NCBI RefSeq assembly: GCF_006345805.1
Contig: NC_043007.1
Span: 51,522,001-51,586,000, forward strand
Source: Octopus sinensis
Taxonomy: Eukaryota
Length of the DNA stretch: 64,000 nucleotides
Direction of reading: 5' to 3'
The notes beneath the pieces were generated by a model. That model searched no databases, had not been told where the DNA came from, and saw only the letters and a list, made by a program, of their open reading frames with translations. Of the stretch, positions 40,781-53,509 are shown piece by piece (position 1 is the stretch's first letter; each line of letters starts with the position of its first letter). A program made the position numbers and the translations under genes.

Positions 40781-41266
40781 CCTACTCGATTGTTCGGCTC
40801 TTTTCGGACCTGCTTCGCTATTAGTATTTGTTTTCGTCATCCAAATTATAGGATTTTGCGATTAGCTAATGTGTATATATAAAATTAATATAAACAGCTG
40901 TTTGCGAGATTAACAAATGAGGCAACGTAAACTGCTGAAACTGACGTCAGTATTAAGAATGCTAGATCGGCATTTTTCGGACAATTAAGACCCCTGTTAG
41001 TGTATATAAGTAATTATTCATGTACGTTGTCTACAGCATTATAATGCTTTAGCTCCTATTTCTAGCAATGTAGGTATTTCCTAATACCCTAGTCACATTT
41101 ATTGACAATTATAATTCTCCTTTTTGGTGAAACATTGAAAATTGCTGTTTATATTAATATTATATATACACTTTAGAGAATCACTAAATCATCCAATAAC
41201 TTGGATGACAAAAGAATAAGTACTAATAGCGAAGTAGACCCGGAAAGAGCGGACCAATCGAGCAGG

Positions 41267-41315
41267 CTTAACTGATGAGGCAGCGGAAATTGCCGAAACT
41301 GACGTCTGTATTGAA
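41267..41315 (+). ncRNA. Type I hammerhead ribozyme motif, core intact
   Basis: TTAA-CTGATGA-GGCA gcggaaat TGCC-GAAACTGACGTCTGTA-TTGA; predicted GUA cut after 41310; one U.U mismatch in stem III. Confidence 0.75.
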
Positions 41316-41371
41316 AATTATTGATCAGCATTTGTCGGACAATTAATGTCTCTGTTAGTGTATATGTTTTC

Positions 41372-41600
41372 GAGGCGGTGAGCTGGCAGAAAAGTTAGCA
41401 CGCCGAAATGCGTCGCCGTATTTCGTCTGCCGTTACGTTCTGAGTTCAAATTCCACCGAGGTCGACTTTGCCTTTCATCCTTTCTGGGTCGATAAATTAA
41501 GTACCAGTTACGCACTGGGGTCGATGTAATCGGCTTAATCCGTTTGTCTGTCCTTGTTTGTCCTCTCTGTGTTTAGTCCCTCGTGGGTAGTAAAGAAATA
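41372..41600 (+). mobile_element. Full-length SINE family B with target-site duplication
   Basis: TSD TAGTGTATATGTTTTC (41356-41371) and TAGTGTATATATGTTTTC (41599-41616); interrupts the third retrozyme-like unit. Confidence 0.9.
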
Positions 41601-41698
41601 GTGTATATATGTTTTCATTCATGTACGTGAACGACAGCTTTAGAAGTCTCTAGCTCTTATTTCTAGCAATGTAGGTGTTTCGTAACATCTTAGTCACA

Positions 41699-42640
41699 TC
41701 TGATCATCCCCCTTCTGCCATTGATGAGGCATCTGTCTGTCAAGTTGAGGCTGCCATTTTGGAAGATCGACGCATAACTATTTGCCAAATAGCTCATGAG
41801 GTCAAGATTAATACCGGGTCTGTGGAAACTATCATTCATGACCATTTGCATATGAAAAAGGTGTCTGCCAGATGGATTCCCAGGTTGTTCACACCTTTCC
41901 AGAAGCAAGAACGCGTCGAGTGCTCGAGGATGAATTTGGAGATGTGCCAAGAAGATGAGTCAAAAATTTTCAAAAGACTGATTACACAGGATGAAACCTG
42001 GGTCCATCACTATGATCCATAGACCAAAGCCCAGTCAATGCAGTGGAAGCACCGTGACTCACCTCCTCCAAAGAAGGCAAGGGTGCAGCCCTCCGCTGGC
42101 AAGGTTATGCTCACAGTCTTCTGGGACCAGGACGGAGTAGTGATGACAGATTTCCTGGCAAAGGGTACCACAGTTACAGGAGCCTATTATGCTTCACTTT
42201 TGAGGAAATTAAGAGAAGCTATCAAAATCAAGAGGCGGGGCAAGATCAGCAAAGCATCCTCCTCCTGCAGGACAACGCTCTGTCCACAACTCGCGTGTCG
42301 CCAAATCAGAAGCACAGGCGTGCGGCTATGAACTCCTCCCTCATCCCCCTACTCTCCTGGCCTTGCAGCCTCTGATTTTCACCTCTTGCCTTGAATGTTG
42401 TTTTTTTTGAAAAGAAAGCGTTTCCCAGATGATGCAGCCTTGATTTCTGAAGTCACGTCGTGGTGGAGGACAAGCTGGAGTCTTCTACAAAAACGGTCTC
42501 CAGAGCTGCATCAAACGATGGGAGAAATGCGTAACTCTGGGTGGTTCCTATGTAGAAAAAGACTAATAACTGTGCCAGTTTCGTTGCTCTACTTCTATGG
42601 GAAGTGGGTCAGGGGCATTACTTATTGAACGCCCCTCGTA
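41699..42640 (+). mobile_element. Mariner (DD34D) transposon, 5'-truncated, disrupted
   Basis: HDHLHMKKVSARWIPR; ITQDETWVHHYDP; SAGKVMLTVFWD; HPPYSP. 3' TIR GGGCATTACTTATTGAACGCCCCTCGTA. Confidence 0.92.
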
Positions 42641-42646
42641 TGTATC

Positions 42647-42715
<69 letters not shown>

Positions 42716-42716
42716 T

Positions 42717-42905
42717 GGTTAATCCAAACATGAACAAAGAAAAAACACAACAACGCGAGGACGTGGAACAAGTATAGTGTTATTGGATGCTCATGAAAGG
42801 AAAGAAAGAAGAGGATTTAACGTTTCGAGTGGAGCTCTTCGTCAGAAACATAGAAAAAGGAAAGGTCTAAGGAAGGGAAGAGGGAGAAAGAAAATCGCCA
42901 ACGAT
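42717..42905 (-). repeat. Family H ~190-bp non-coding repeat carrying a minimal HHR (42814-42851)
   Basis: Minus strand GTTT-CTGACGA-A-GAGC TCC ACTC-GAAAC-GTT-AAAT; ends in (TA)n. Confidence 0.7.
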
Positions 42906-42920
42906 ACACACACACACACT

Positions 42921-42955
<35 letters not shown>

Positions 42956-43198
42956 GGGGGGGGTCATACATTTATGTATGTACATATTTGTGTGTATGTA
43001 TATTGTATGCGCGTGCACGTGCACGTATCTATACTCAATGCTCTAAAAAGATTTCAGCAAAAGGGTATTAAACTCATTAGTGTTTCACACGTAAGCATAA
43101 CAACATCTAACCACATTATATAAAACACATACATATAAATATATATATATCTGCATGTATGCATGTATGCATACATAAATGCTCATACACAATTATGC

Positions 43199-43259
<61 letters not shown>

Positions 43260-43420
43260 GGTGCAGCCGTTGCTGTGTGGTTAGAACTTTGCTTCTGAAC
43301 TACATGGTTCTGGGTTCAGTCCCATTGCGTGACGCCTTGGGCAAGCGTAGTCTACTATAACCTCGGATCGACGAAGGCTTGTGAGTGCATTTACTACACG
43401 AAAACTGAAAGAAGCATGTC

Positions 43421-43423
<3 letters not shown>
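43260..43423 (+). mobile_element. SINE family A head
   Basis: TGTGTGGTTAG..GGGTTCAGTCCC..CCTTGGGCAAGCG. Confidence 0.8.
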
Positions 43424-43472
<49 letters not shown>

Positions 43473-43685
43473 ATATATATCATATATATATATGTAAGTA
43501 GTGAATGAATTATCCTAGTATGGATAATTCGGTTTAACCGATACCCGGGAAGCAAATTCACGTCAGAAAAAACACGGTTGAAGCTACATGCCAAGCGCAG
43601 AGATCACGTGCTTTCGTGTGGAAATTTGTGTGTTTTTTTAATACAAATAAATTTAAGAATGGAGTTGAACGACGATTTAACAAAA

Positions 43686-43784
43686 TTCATTTATTCTCGA
43701 CATATGTTTCGAAGACTGCATATTCCTAATTTCGAAGGAATAAGGGGTGCATTATGCCACCTTCTCATCAGGAAAGACAAGGAG
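43686..43784 (-). ncRNA. Type I minimal hammerhead ribozyme motif, core intact
   Basis: CTGATGA at 43771-43765 and GAAAC-ATAT-GTC; predicted cut between 43699 and 43698. Confidence 0.8.
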
Positions 43785-44181
43785 CTTATGTCAGCATCAT
43801 GATGAACAAAAACTTTTAGATGACTGCCCACACGGAGTCCATAGCGATAATGAGTGTTTCTTTAAAATATTCCGTTTAAGCAGTGACGCCAAAAATGGTT
43901 GAATGTAGAAGATTCTAGAAAGTTCAAGAGTTCAAACAAGGTTGGAAGGGGAGAGATCTAAGAATAGGAAGAAATTTTACACTAGTAAAAAATTTCTTCC
44001 GGTACCGGTGTCTTCTACATTGGGGCTACTACTTCTAAATTAGCCCAGAGGATTTCCAATCATTATTCAACTTTCCGATATAAGAGAAAACAACAAAGCA
44101 CAGGACTAAGTAAATTAGTCGCTATGGACTCCGTGTGGGCAGTCATCTAAAAGTTTTTGTTCATCATGATGCTGACATAAG

Positions 44182-44280
44182 TTCCTTGTCTTTCCTGATG
44201 AGAAGGCGGCATAATGCACCCCTTATTCCTTCGAAATTAGGAATATGCAGTCTTCGAAACATATGTCGAGAATAAAGGAA
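44182..44280 (+). ncRNA. Type I minimal hammerhead ribozyme motif, core intact
   Basis: Stem I TTCCTTGTCTTTC/GAGAATAAAGGAA with internal loop; CTGATGA 44195-44201; stem II GAAGGC/GTCTTC; GAAAC-ATAT-GTC with predicted cut after 44267. Confidence 0.82.
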
Positions 44281-44314
44281 TTTTGTTAAATCGTCGTTCA
44301 ACTCCATTCTTCAT

Positions 44315-44362
<48 letters not shown>

Positions 44363-44499
44363 CACACACACACATACATCTGTTTGTCCCCATAACCCCT
44401 TGACAACCGGTGTTGATGCGTTTATGTCTTATTTTCATACATGTATATATGTAAATGTATATATGTATGAAAATATTACAGGTATATTTTTATACATTT

Positions 44500-45830
44500 T
44501 TGAAATGGCAGAACAGTTCCCTAACATTAATGGAGGTCTATATCGTGATGATTGTTTACTTTACTTCCAAAATGTTTCCAACCACAAGGTACAAAAAATT
44601 AAGAATACGTTAGTAAAGTTTTTCCGTAGGATGGGCTTAAGCATCGTTTTTGATAATGATATGACGAAGGCCAACTTTTTAGATATTACACTTAACTTGC
44701 ACAATAACTCTTATTTCCTATATCATAAACCATTAACCAATCTTAAGTACATTAGCAAATTTAGTAATCATTCTAAGACAATTACTAAGAACTTAGTTAA
44801 GAATATTTCATTTAGATTATTTAGGTTATCTGCTAATATTGACATTTTCAATGATAGCGCTGAATTTTATAATTCTGCCTTACTTAAAGCATGTTATTCA
44901 GAGAAAATTTCCTACATTGATTCTATTCAGTCTTATTCTAACGTCAATAGTGTAGATATGAAGTCTAGTTGTAAAGGAATTATCGATAACAAGCATAACT
45001 TATGCACAGATACAAAGCGGAGGAAGGGAGATAACCCTTATTTAATCCCCTATTATCATTCTAAAAGTAAATGTAAGACTTTCAAAAATAATTACACCAA
45101 AAATAAGATAAATAGTAGTAAAAATATTTGGTTCCTTGTTCCATACGGGAGACAATTTAAATCTAATCTCCCATTCCAATTTCGTCATGCTATTGTTATG
45201 AATTTTCTTAAGAATTCTAGGTATTACACTATCATCAATTCACATACGGTTAGGATTGGTTTTTCCAACACAAAAAGTCTCTTTAAAATTATCTCTTTAC
45301 ATAATAACAAACTGTTAAATATTAATACATTTACTAATACTAGCATTAATTTAGCTAATACTATCTAGCCCTCTAGAAATATTGCTAACAAGGTTATTGT
45401 ATCTGAAGTCAATTCCAACAGAATTAAGTTTATGTCAAGTAACACTAAAATTAAAAATTCTAAATACCAGTGTATAATCAGTACTCGTAGTAAAGTACGA
45501 TTTTACACTGGAAGCACATCATTAGAGTTATCTAAAAGAATTTCTATCTATTACTCAACATTTAGGGATGGGAATAAACGTAACAGTATTGGGCTCAGTA
45601 AATTAATTTGGGATCCACAATGAACAATTTAATTTAAAATGGTTGATTCTCTCAATCTCGATACCTTATGACAAAGGCAAAGAATTCTTTCTTCTCTGTA
45701 ATTCTGAACTATTTTTCATTATTTTTTCTAAAAATCCTCTAGTAAACACGGTTATAGAGCGTGTATACCGATGTAAACATTGGCAAAAACACACCTTTAG
45801 TTCATATAAGTATTCTCTATCATTATAGAT
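44500..45830 (+). mobile_element. Penelope-like element ORF remnant: RT C-terminal half + GIY-YIG endonuclease
   Basis: GLYRDD; NFLDITLNL..YHKP..YISKFSNH..RLFRLSAN..YNSALLKACY; then YQC..RFYTGSTS..SIGLSKLIWD and CKHWQK. Broken into three ORFs. Confidence 0.88.
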
Positions 45831-46017
45831 ACTTTAAACATTAATTTTCTTTTTATATTTAACATTCACTAAAAAAAAAAATCCTCATCTTTAATAGGCT
45901 ACTTCTGACGTTATATCATATAACGTTTTTTCAAACAATATTAATAGCGTTCAATAAATCACTATACATATCCATCATTTTCTGTAAAAATGTCTTATTG
46001 ATGAGTTTCATATCTTC

Positions 46018-46104
46018 ACTTCCCTGAAGAGAAGATTACATTGCTTTACACCTTTTATTCTTTTGAATAATATCAGTGAAATCTTCGAAACATGTGTCGG
46101 AAGT
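46018..46104 (+). ncRNA. Type I minimal hammerhead ribozyme motif in PLE 3' region, all stems intact
   Basis: ACTTCC/GGAAGT stem I; CTGAAGA 46024-46030; GAAGATT/AATCTTC stem II; GAAAC-ATGT-GTC with predicted cut after 46098. Confidence 0.87.
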
Positions 46105-46629
46105 AAAAGAACTTGAATTATACCTGCGTTAAACTTCATTTATACATTTATATATAATACAAAAAATTCCACATAAACCCGAAGTTTCTACCTTTAAAAC
46201 CAAGGAGTTACAACCTCTTTACTTGTGTGATTTTTTGCTACCCTGGTAACTATTTATTTATTTTTGCCGTGTTAATTGTTAATAAAGGAATAATGCATTC
46301 ATCTATTTATATATATATATATATATACACACACACATACATATATGTGTGTGTAAGTACATATATATATATACAGGCATATATATACACATGTATGTTT
46401 ATATATAGGTTTATATATAATATTAGATATTTGTCTCTCAACGAATTAAAAATTTATAATAGATATATATATTTTTGATATGAATTTTAAATTACATTTA
46501 AAAGTAAATGAATTTATAACCGCAATTTTATATACATTTTCTCATATTTTGGAGACTATCTATAGCAAAAATATGTTTGTTTACATACATTTTATATCAC
46601 CTAGGTTTATTAATTTCATTCTATTATTT

Positions 46630-47023
46630 AACTAGAAAAGCACTCGGAGTGCGCCGACTTCAGCCAAGCAGCTCATTTCCACCCATATATACGCATGCTG
46701 AAAATCGCCCAATTTCCCAAACCAACGCCGGCAAAAACATAACCTACTTGGCGAGGGTAAAAAAAAATAACACAGCACCTAACAATGTAATACTTCATGT
46801 AAAGTAAGTATAACAGATGAAAACGCCTTCAAGAATCCATAAACTTCCCGGATCATTACCAACATTTCATATGTTCTTTGTGTTCTTACCAACTTTTCCG
46901 GCAAGTTTCATCAAATACTATTCACAATTTTTTGAGTTAAATTGCATACAGAGTGCAGACAGAGGGACAGACAGACAAACCAACGCTGATAAAAATATAA
47001 CCTCCTTCCTTGACGGAGGTAAT
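46630..47023 (+). mobile_element. Helentron-associated non-autonomous element (HINE/DINE-1-like)
   Basis: 5' AACTAGAAAAGCACTCGGAG..CTTCAGCCAAG; (GACA)n tract; 3' ATAACCTCC..GACGGAGGTAAT; an internal second 3'-like end at ~46740-46765. Confidence 0.65.
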
Positions 47024-47146
47024 GGCTATTTATAATTATAAATATATTGAACTTGTGTTTAATAAATCTTCCATGGTATGTCTTAGTATAAGATCATATA
47101 TATAGTTGTGTGTATGATATTAAATATCACATACAGACACACGTTT

Positions 47147-47197
<51 letters not shown>

Positions 47198-47915
47198 CGT
47201 GTGTTAGTGCGTGCGTGTGTATAATAGAATTAGAAATAGAAAATCCTTGGTACAGTATTACGTATTTGAAAAAATGAATATTAGTCACTTTTCTGTTATT
47301 TATTCCACTTTAATAATTAGATGTTTATAAATTATTAGGCGTTTGCAAAGATTTGTAAACTGATTTATTAACATCGAAGTATTAAAGTCCAAAATTATCA
47401 TAAAAGCCATTTCTATTCATCTTTTTCATATATGTGTGTGTGTGGGTGTGTGCGTGCGTGGTGTGTGTGTATGTGTGTGTGCGTGTGCGAGTTATATATA
47501 TTGTTAGAACTCAATATATATATACTTTGGAATGAAGTGTTAATTATTGAAGTGAACTGGAATTACGTTACCATGTGCATATATATATATAGAGAGAGAG
47601 AGAGAAAAGGAGGAGAGAAAGAGAGAGAGAGAAAGAGAGAGGAGAGAAGGAGAGAGAGAGAGAGAGAGAGATGAGAAAGAGATAGATATACATATAGTAC
47701 ATATATAACATAACATACATATTATATATATATAGAGTATATATATATATATATTATATTATATATAATATATATATTACATATATATATATAGATAGAT
47801 AGATATTTATATAGATATACGTATACATATATACATATATACATATATACATATATACATATATATATATACATATGTATGTATATATATACATGTACAT
47901 ATATACACAACACAC

Positions 47916-47947
<32 letters not shown>

Positions 47948-47949
<2 letters not shown>

Positions 47950-48170
47950 CTTTTATACTTTTACTTGGTTCAGTCACTTGACTGCGGCCATACTGGTGCA
48001 CCGTCTTGAAGCATTTTAGTCGAAGAAATCGATCCCAGTACTTGTTTTCTGAGCTTAATACTTATTCTAGCGGTCTCTTTTGCCCAACCACTACGTTATG
48101 GGGAGGTAAGCAAAACACCGGTTGTCATGCGGTGATAGGTTGAACAAACACAGTTACAAAGACAGAAAGA
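47948..48170 (-). mobile_element. SINE family A 3' half
   Basis: CTTTTACTTGGTTCAGTCACTTGACTGCGGCCATACTGG..TTTTGCCCAACCACTACGTTA. Confidence 0.75.
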
Positions 48171-48459
48171 CAGGCACACACACACACACACACACACCAC
48201 ACACACACACACAACACACACACACCAGACACGCACTCACACACACACAAACATTGTTTTCGTATTTGGTTTGCATGATTCTTTATGTGAAGTGTTGTGT
48301 TGAAGCATATTTTATTGTATCCTGGGAGAGTCGTTCTCTTTTAGTGCCTTATTATTTAACACACACACATTTCCACTCATTTACTTATTTAGTAAGAAAT
48401 AAATAAGTAAATGAGTGGAAATCGAACCTGTGAGGGTGTTAAATAATAAGGCACTAAAA

Positions 48460-49930
48460 GCGAACACACACACATACATACACACACACATACATACACA
48501 CACACATATACGCACATACACATATACATACACATATGCATACACACACATTCATACGTACATGCATGCATACATACATACATACACACACATACACACA
48601 TACACGCATGCACACATACATACATACATACATACACACACACATACACGCATGCATACATACATACATACACACACATACATACACACACTTACACACA
48701 TACACACATACATACATACATACACACATACATACACGCACACACACATACACACATACACATACACACACACATACTTACATACACTCATACGGACATA
48801 CATACACACAGACCTACACACATACACACTCACACATACATACATACATGCATACATACATACACACACACACATACCTACATACACACTCGCATGCACA
48901 CGCGCACAGATGCATGCGCGCGCGCACGCACACATACATACATGCATGCACGCATGCCTGTGGGGTCTGGATTTATTTCGGGCGTACGTCGGAGCGTGTG
49001 CGTGTGTACCTGTAGATTCGCATGCGCCCGCACCGCAAGAGTCTTTTCCGTCAATATTTCAGTTGCGAAGTGTGTCCTTGCATGCATATATATATACACA
49101 CATATAAACATATAAAGACACATATAAACCCCTACATTTGTACACACACGCACATACATACATGCATTCACTCCCACGCACGTACACACACACATTTACA
49201 TATATATACAATACACGCACACACACATACACACGTACAAACACACACTAATTCACATACACACCGACACATATACATACACACAACATATACCTCCACG
49301 CGCACGCACACATACACATACGTACACACATATAAGCACAGACACACACATACATACGCACACCAAAACATGCGCACACATACTCACGCACACGCGCGAA
49401 AAAAATCCACAACCCCACGGATACACGCATATAACATCCATTTACGCTTACACACACACACATACAAACGCACACATACACGCACACACAACTACACGCA
49501 CATACATACACACGCACACACACACAAATGAACCCACAAATACATCCCATACGGCACACAACAATACATACAGGCACACACATACATACACGCACACAAT
49601 TATACATACGTATATATACACACACACGCACGTACAAGTACACGCGCACACATACACTAAGTTAAGCAAAGTACTCGCCATGCACACAAAAAAACGCACA
49701 CGTACACACACACATACTACAACAAAACACACACACGGTACATATACACGCACACACACACATACCTCCCTGTTTCTGACCTGCCTTTCTGACTTGCTAG
49801 GGTACCCCCACACCACTCCTTAATTCTACTACTGCCTGCTACTAGCCATTGTCCACCATACACACACACACACACACACACATACACACACACACACACA
49901 CACACGCACACACACTCACACACACATTCC
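48460..49930. repeat. ~1.5-kb degenerate alternating purine-pyrimidine (CA/TA/CG) tract
   Basis: Direct reading; source of the H/T/Y- and V/C/M-rich pseudo-ORFs. Confidence 0.9.
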
Positions 49931-50009
49931 TTCTTTGATATAGCTCTCTTGTTTTTAAAAACATTTTCCTTCATTTTTACCGCTTCCGTCTTTTAGTATG
50001 TGACCTCGT

Positions 50010-50186
50010 GAATACCACCGGCGATTTTTTTCCTGTGTCCTCCCGTCTCGGGATCTTTCCTTCTCCTGTGTTTCCGACGAAGAGCTCCGCTCGAAACGTC
50101 AACCTCCTTCTTCCCTCTTCCTGAGCGTCCAATAATACTTTATTTGTTCCACATCCTTGCGTTGTTGTCTTTGTTTTCTTGTTTGG
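50010..50186 (+). repeat. Family H repeat with minimal HHR-like motif (50068-50104, U4C)
   Basis: GTTT-CCGACGA-A-GAGC TCC GCTC-GAAAC-GTC-AAC; ends in (TA)n. Confidence 0.7.
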
Positions 50187-50217
50187 ATAACTTTATATAT
50201 ATATATATATATATATA

Positions 50218-50250
<33 letters not shown>

Positions 50251-50280
50251 ATATATATTATATATATTATATATATATAT

Positions 50281-51632
50281 AATACAGAGAGAGGTGAGAG
50301 AGAGAGAAAACGTTCTTAAATGACTTAATTACACTTTAAAATAACTGAAAACAAAGTAGCCAATACTGTAACTAGAAATATAATTTATTAAATAACGGGG
50401 AAATAAATATGTTCCGAAGATTGACCGAAATCAGCTTTATAAACAGTGGAAATTAAATTTAGAAATTTAGAATAATAAATGGGGGAAATATCAAAACTTA
50501 CGGAGATTATGGTCCCGAAATTGTGACATCAGTAATACTCTTTACTCTTTTACTTGTTTCAGTCATTTGACTGTGGCCATGCTGGAGCACCGCCATCAGT
50601 CGAACAAATCGACCCCAGTACTTATTCTTTGTAAGCCTTAGTACTTGTTCTATCGGTCCCTATTGCCGAACCGCTAGCTTACAGAGAAGTAAATACACCA
50701 GCATCGGTTGTCAGGCGATGTTGGGGGACAAACACAGATACAAACATATACACACACATACATATATACGACGGGCTTCTTTCAGTTTCCGTCTACCTAA
50801 TCTACTCACAAGGCTTTGGTCGGCGCGAGGCTATAGTAGAAGACACTTGCCCAAGGTTCCACGCGGTGGGACTGAACCCAGAACCATGTGGTTGGTAAGC
50901 GAGTTAGCCACTCCTGCGCCCGAATTTAAAAAGCAACTATCGGGTCGTAAACAGCTTTCTAAAATCAAGTATAGATTGCAAGTATATTTATAATATCGTA
51001 ATATTATTTAATATTTCAAAGGATCAAAATGTTTTTTTTTTTTATCCATACATGTTAATAAACATTCTTTTAATAAACTTTCTTTTAAACACACAAAACA
51101 ATTTTGAATCCAATATGTGTATAACTAATTTATTTTTATCTGATAATTAAATTGTTGGTAAGAAATGTTTATCAACGGAAGTTTTATTAAACACAATTTA
51201 TTGAAAGCATATTTATAATAATAAATAGTTATTAAATATTGGAATGGAAATAATAACTTAGCTGGTATAAAATGTAAGTAAATAAACATATATCCTATAG
51301 TTATACATCAATAAGTCCAAAAATGTCACAAATGTAAATAAAATTCCAGTTAAATTTTCATTTATAAGACTAATTTAAAATCTATATCACCGGAACTGGA
51401 AAAAATAAATCTATCATACATTTTTCATTTCGTTGGGAGATAAATATTTAATTGACTTCAAGACCTGAAGTCAAAAAGCGGATTACTATCGAATACATGT
51501 AAAAAACAAAAAGAATTCGCTTCATGTATCAGCTGTTTAAAATATATTTGATTTGCTTAACAAGCTAAAGATAACATTTAATGATGTATAAATTAAAATA
51601 AGCATGTATGTGAGTGTGTGTGTGTATGTATG

Positions 51633-51663
<31 letters not shown>

Positions 51664-51727
51664 TTATGTATGTATTTATGTATGTATTCATACGCACACA
51701 CACGCACATATATATGTATAGATATAC

Positions 51728-51795
<68 letters not shown>

Positions 51796-53300
51796 CAGAG
51801 AGAGTGAGAGAGAGAGAAAACGTTCTTAAATGACTTAATTACACTTTAAAATAACTGAAAACAAAGTAGCCAATACTGTAACTTAGAAATTAATTTATTA
51901 AATAACGGGGAAATAAATATGTTCCGAAGATTGACCGAAATCAGCTTTATAAAAACAGTGGAAATTAAATTTAGAAATTAGATAATAAATGGGGGAAATA
52001 TCAAAACTACGGAGATATGGTCCCGAAATTGTGACATCAGAAATACTCTTTACTCTTTTACTTGTTTCAGTCATTTGACTGTGGCCATGCTGGAGCACGC
52101 CATCAGTCGAACAAATCGACCCCAGTACTTACTTCTTTGTAAGCCTTAGTACTTGTTCTATCGGTCCCTATTGCCGACCGCTAGCTTACAGAGAGAGTAA
52201 ATACACCAGCATCGGTTGTCAGGCGATGTTGGGGGACAAACACAGATACAAAACATATACACACACATACATATATACGACGGGCTTCTTTCAGTTTCCG
52301 TCTACCTAATCTACTCACAGGCTTTGGTCGGCGCGAGGCTATAGTAGAAGACACTTGCCCAAGGTTCCACGCGGTGGACTGAACCCAGAACCATGTGGTT
52401 GGTAAGCGAGTTAGCCACTCCTGCGCCGAATTTAAAAAGCAACTATCGGGTTCGTAAACAGCTTCTAAAATCAAGTATAGATGCAAGTATATTATAATAT
52501 CGTAATATATTTAATATTTCAAAGGATCAAAATGTTTTTTTTTTTATCCATACATGTTAATAAACATTCTTTTAATAAACTTTCTTTTAAACACACAAAA
52601 CAATTTTTGAATCAATATGTGTATAACTAATTTATTTTTATCTGATAATTAAATGTTGGTAAGAAATACGTTTTATCAACGGAAGTTTTATTAAACACAA
52701 TTTATTGAAAGCATATTTATAATAATAAATAGTTATTAAATATTGGAATGGAAATAATAAAACTTAGCTGGATAAAATGTTGTAAGTAAAAACATATATT
52801 CCTATAGTTATACATCAATAGTTCAAAAAATGTCACAAATGTAAATAAAATTCCAGTTAAATTTTCATTTATAAGGACTAATTTAAAATCTATATCACCG
52901 GAACTGGAAAAAATAAATCTATCATAACATTTTTCATTTCGTTGGGAGATAAATATTAATTGACTTCAAGACCTGAAGTCAAAAAGCGGATATACTATCG
53001 AATACATGTAAAAAACAAAAAAGATTCGCTTCATGTATCAGCTGTAAAATATATTTGATTTGCTTAACAAGCTAAGATAACATTTATGATGTATAAATTA
53101 AAAAAGCATGTATGTGAGTGTGTGTGTGGTATGTATGTATTATGTATGTATGTATGTATGTATGTATTATGTATGTATTTATGTATGTATTCATACGCAC
53201 ACACACGCACATATATATGTAATATATAACATATATATATAATATATATTATATATATATATATATATATGTGTGTGTGATATATATGTGATATATTCAA
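50281..53300. repeat. Tandem duplication of a ~1.51-kb block (50281 and 51792), each containing a full SINE A (50536-50920; 52044-52427, minus strand)
   Basis: Both copies start AATACAGAGAGAG..AAAACGTTCTTAAATG. Copy 2 differs mostly by scattered 1-2 nt indels. Confidence 0.92.
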
Positions 53301-53324
53301 TATGTGATCTCTTAAGCACCACCA

Positions 53325-53509
53325 GCTCAATATTGTCTCCTCGTCTTCCCTCCTTGGGATCTTTCCTTCTCTTGTTTCCGACGAAGAGCTCCGCTCGAAA
53401 CGGTTAAACCCTCCTTCCCTTCTTTCCTGAGCGTCAATAACACTTTAATTGTTCCACGTACTGCGTTGCTGTGTTTTTTTCTCTTTTTTTCTGTGTTTCT
53501 TGTTTGGAT

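Larger units (their letters stand above)
40525..41699. mobile_element. Array of ~358-bp non-coding units each carrying a type I HHR (retrozyme-like): one minus unit and two tandem plus units
   Basis: HHR cores at 40769-40775 (-), 40914-40920 (+, decayed) and 41272-41278 (+). The plus-strand period is 358 bp by both core motifs. Inversion junction at palindrome AAACAGCTGTTT (~40892-40903). No ORF. Confidence 0.75.
43645..44315. mobile_element. Inverted Penelope-like pLTR pair with an HHR in each arm
   Basis: ~43655-43850 is the reverse complement of ~44117-44310. Central palindrome AAGAAATTTT..AAAATTTCTT near 43983. Plus GIY-YIG piece VFYIGATTSKLAQRISNHYSTF..STGLSKL at ~44010-44115. Confidence 0.88.

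Noticed and set aside
44283-44500. N-terminus of the 361-aa ORF as a real protein start
   Set aside because: It runs through pLTR end, (TA)n and a SINE fragment; RT similarity begins only at about 44500.
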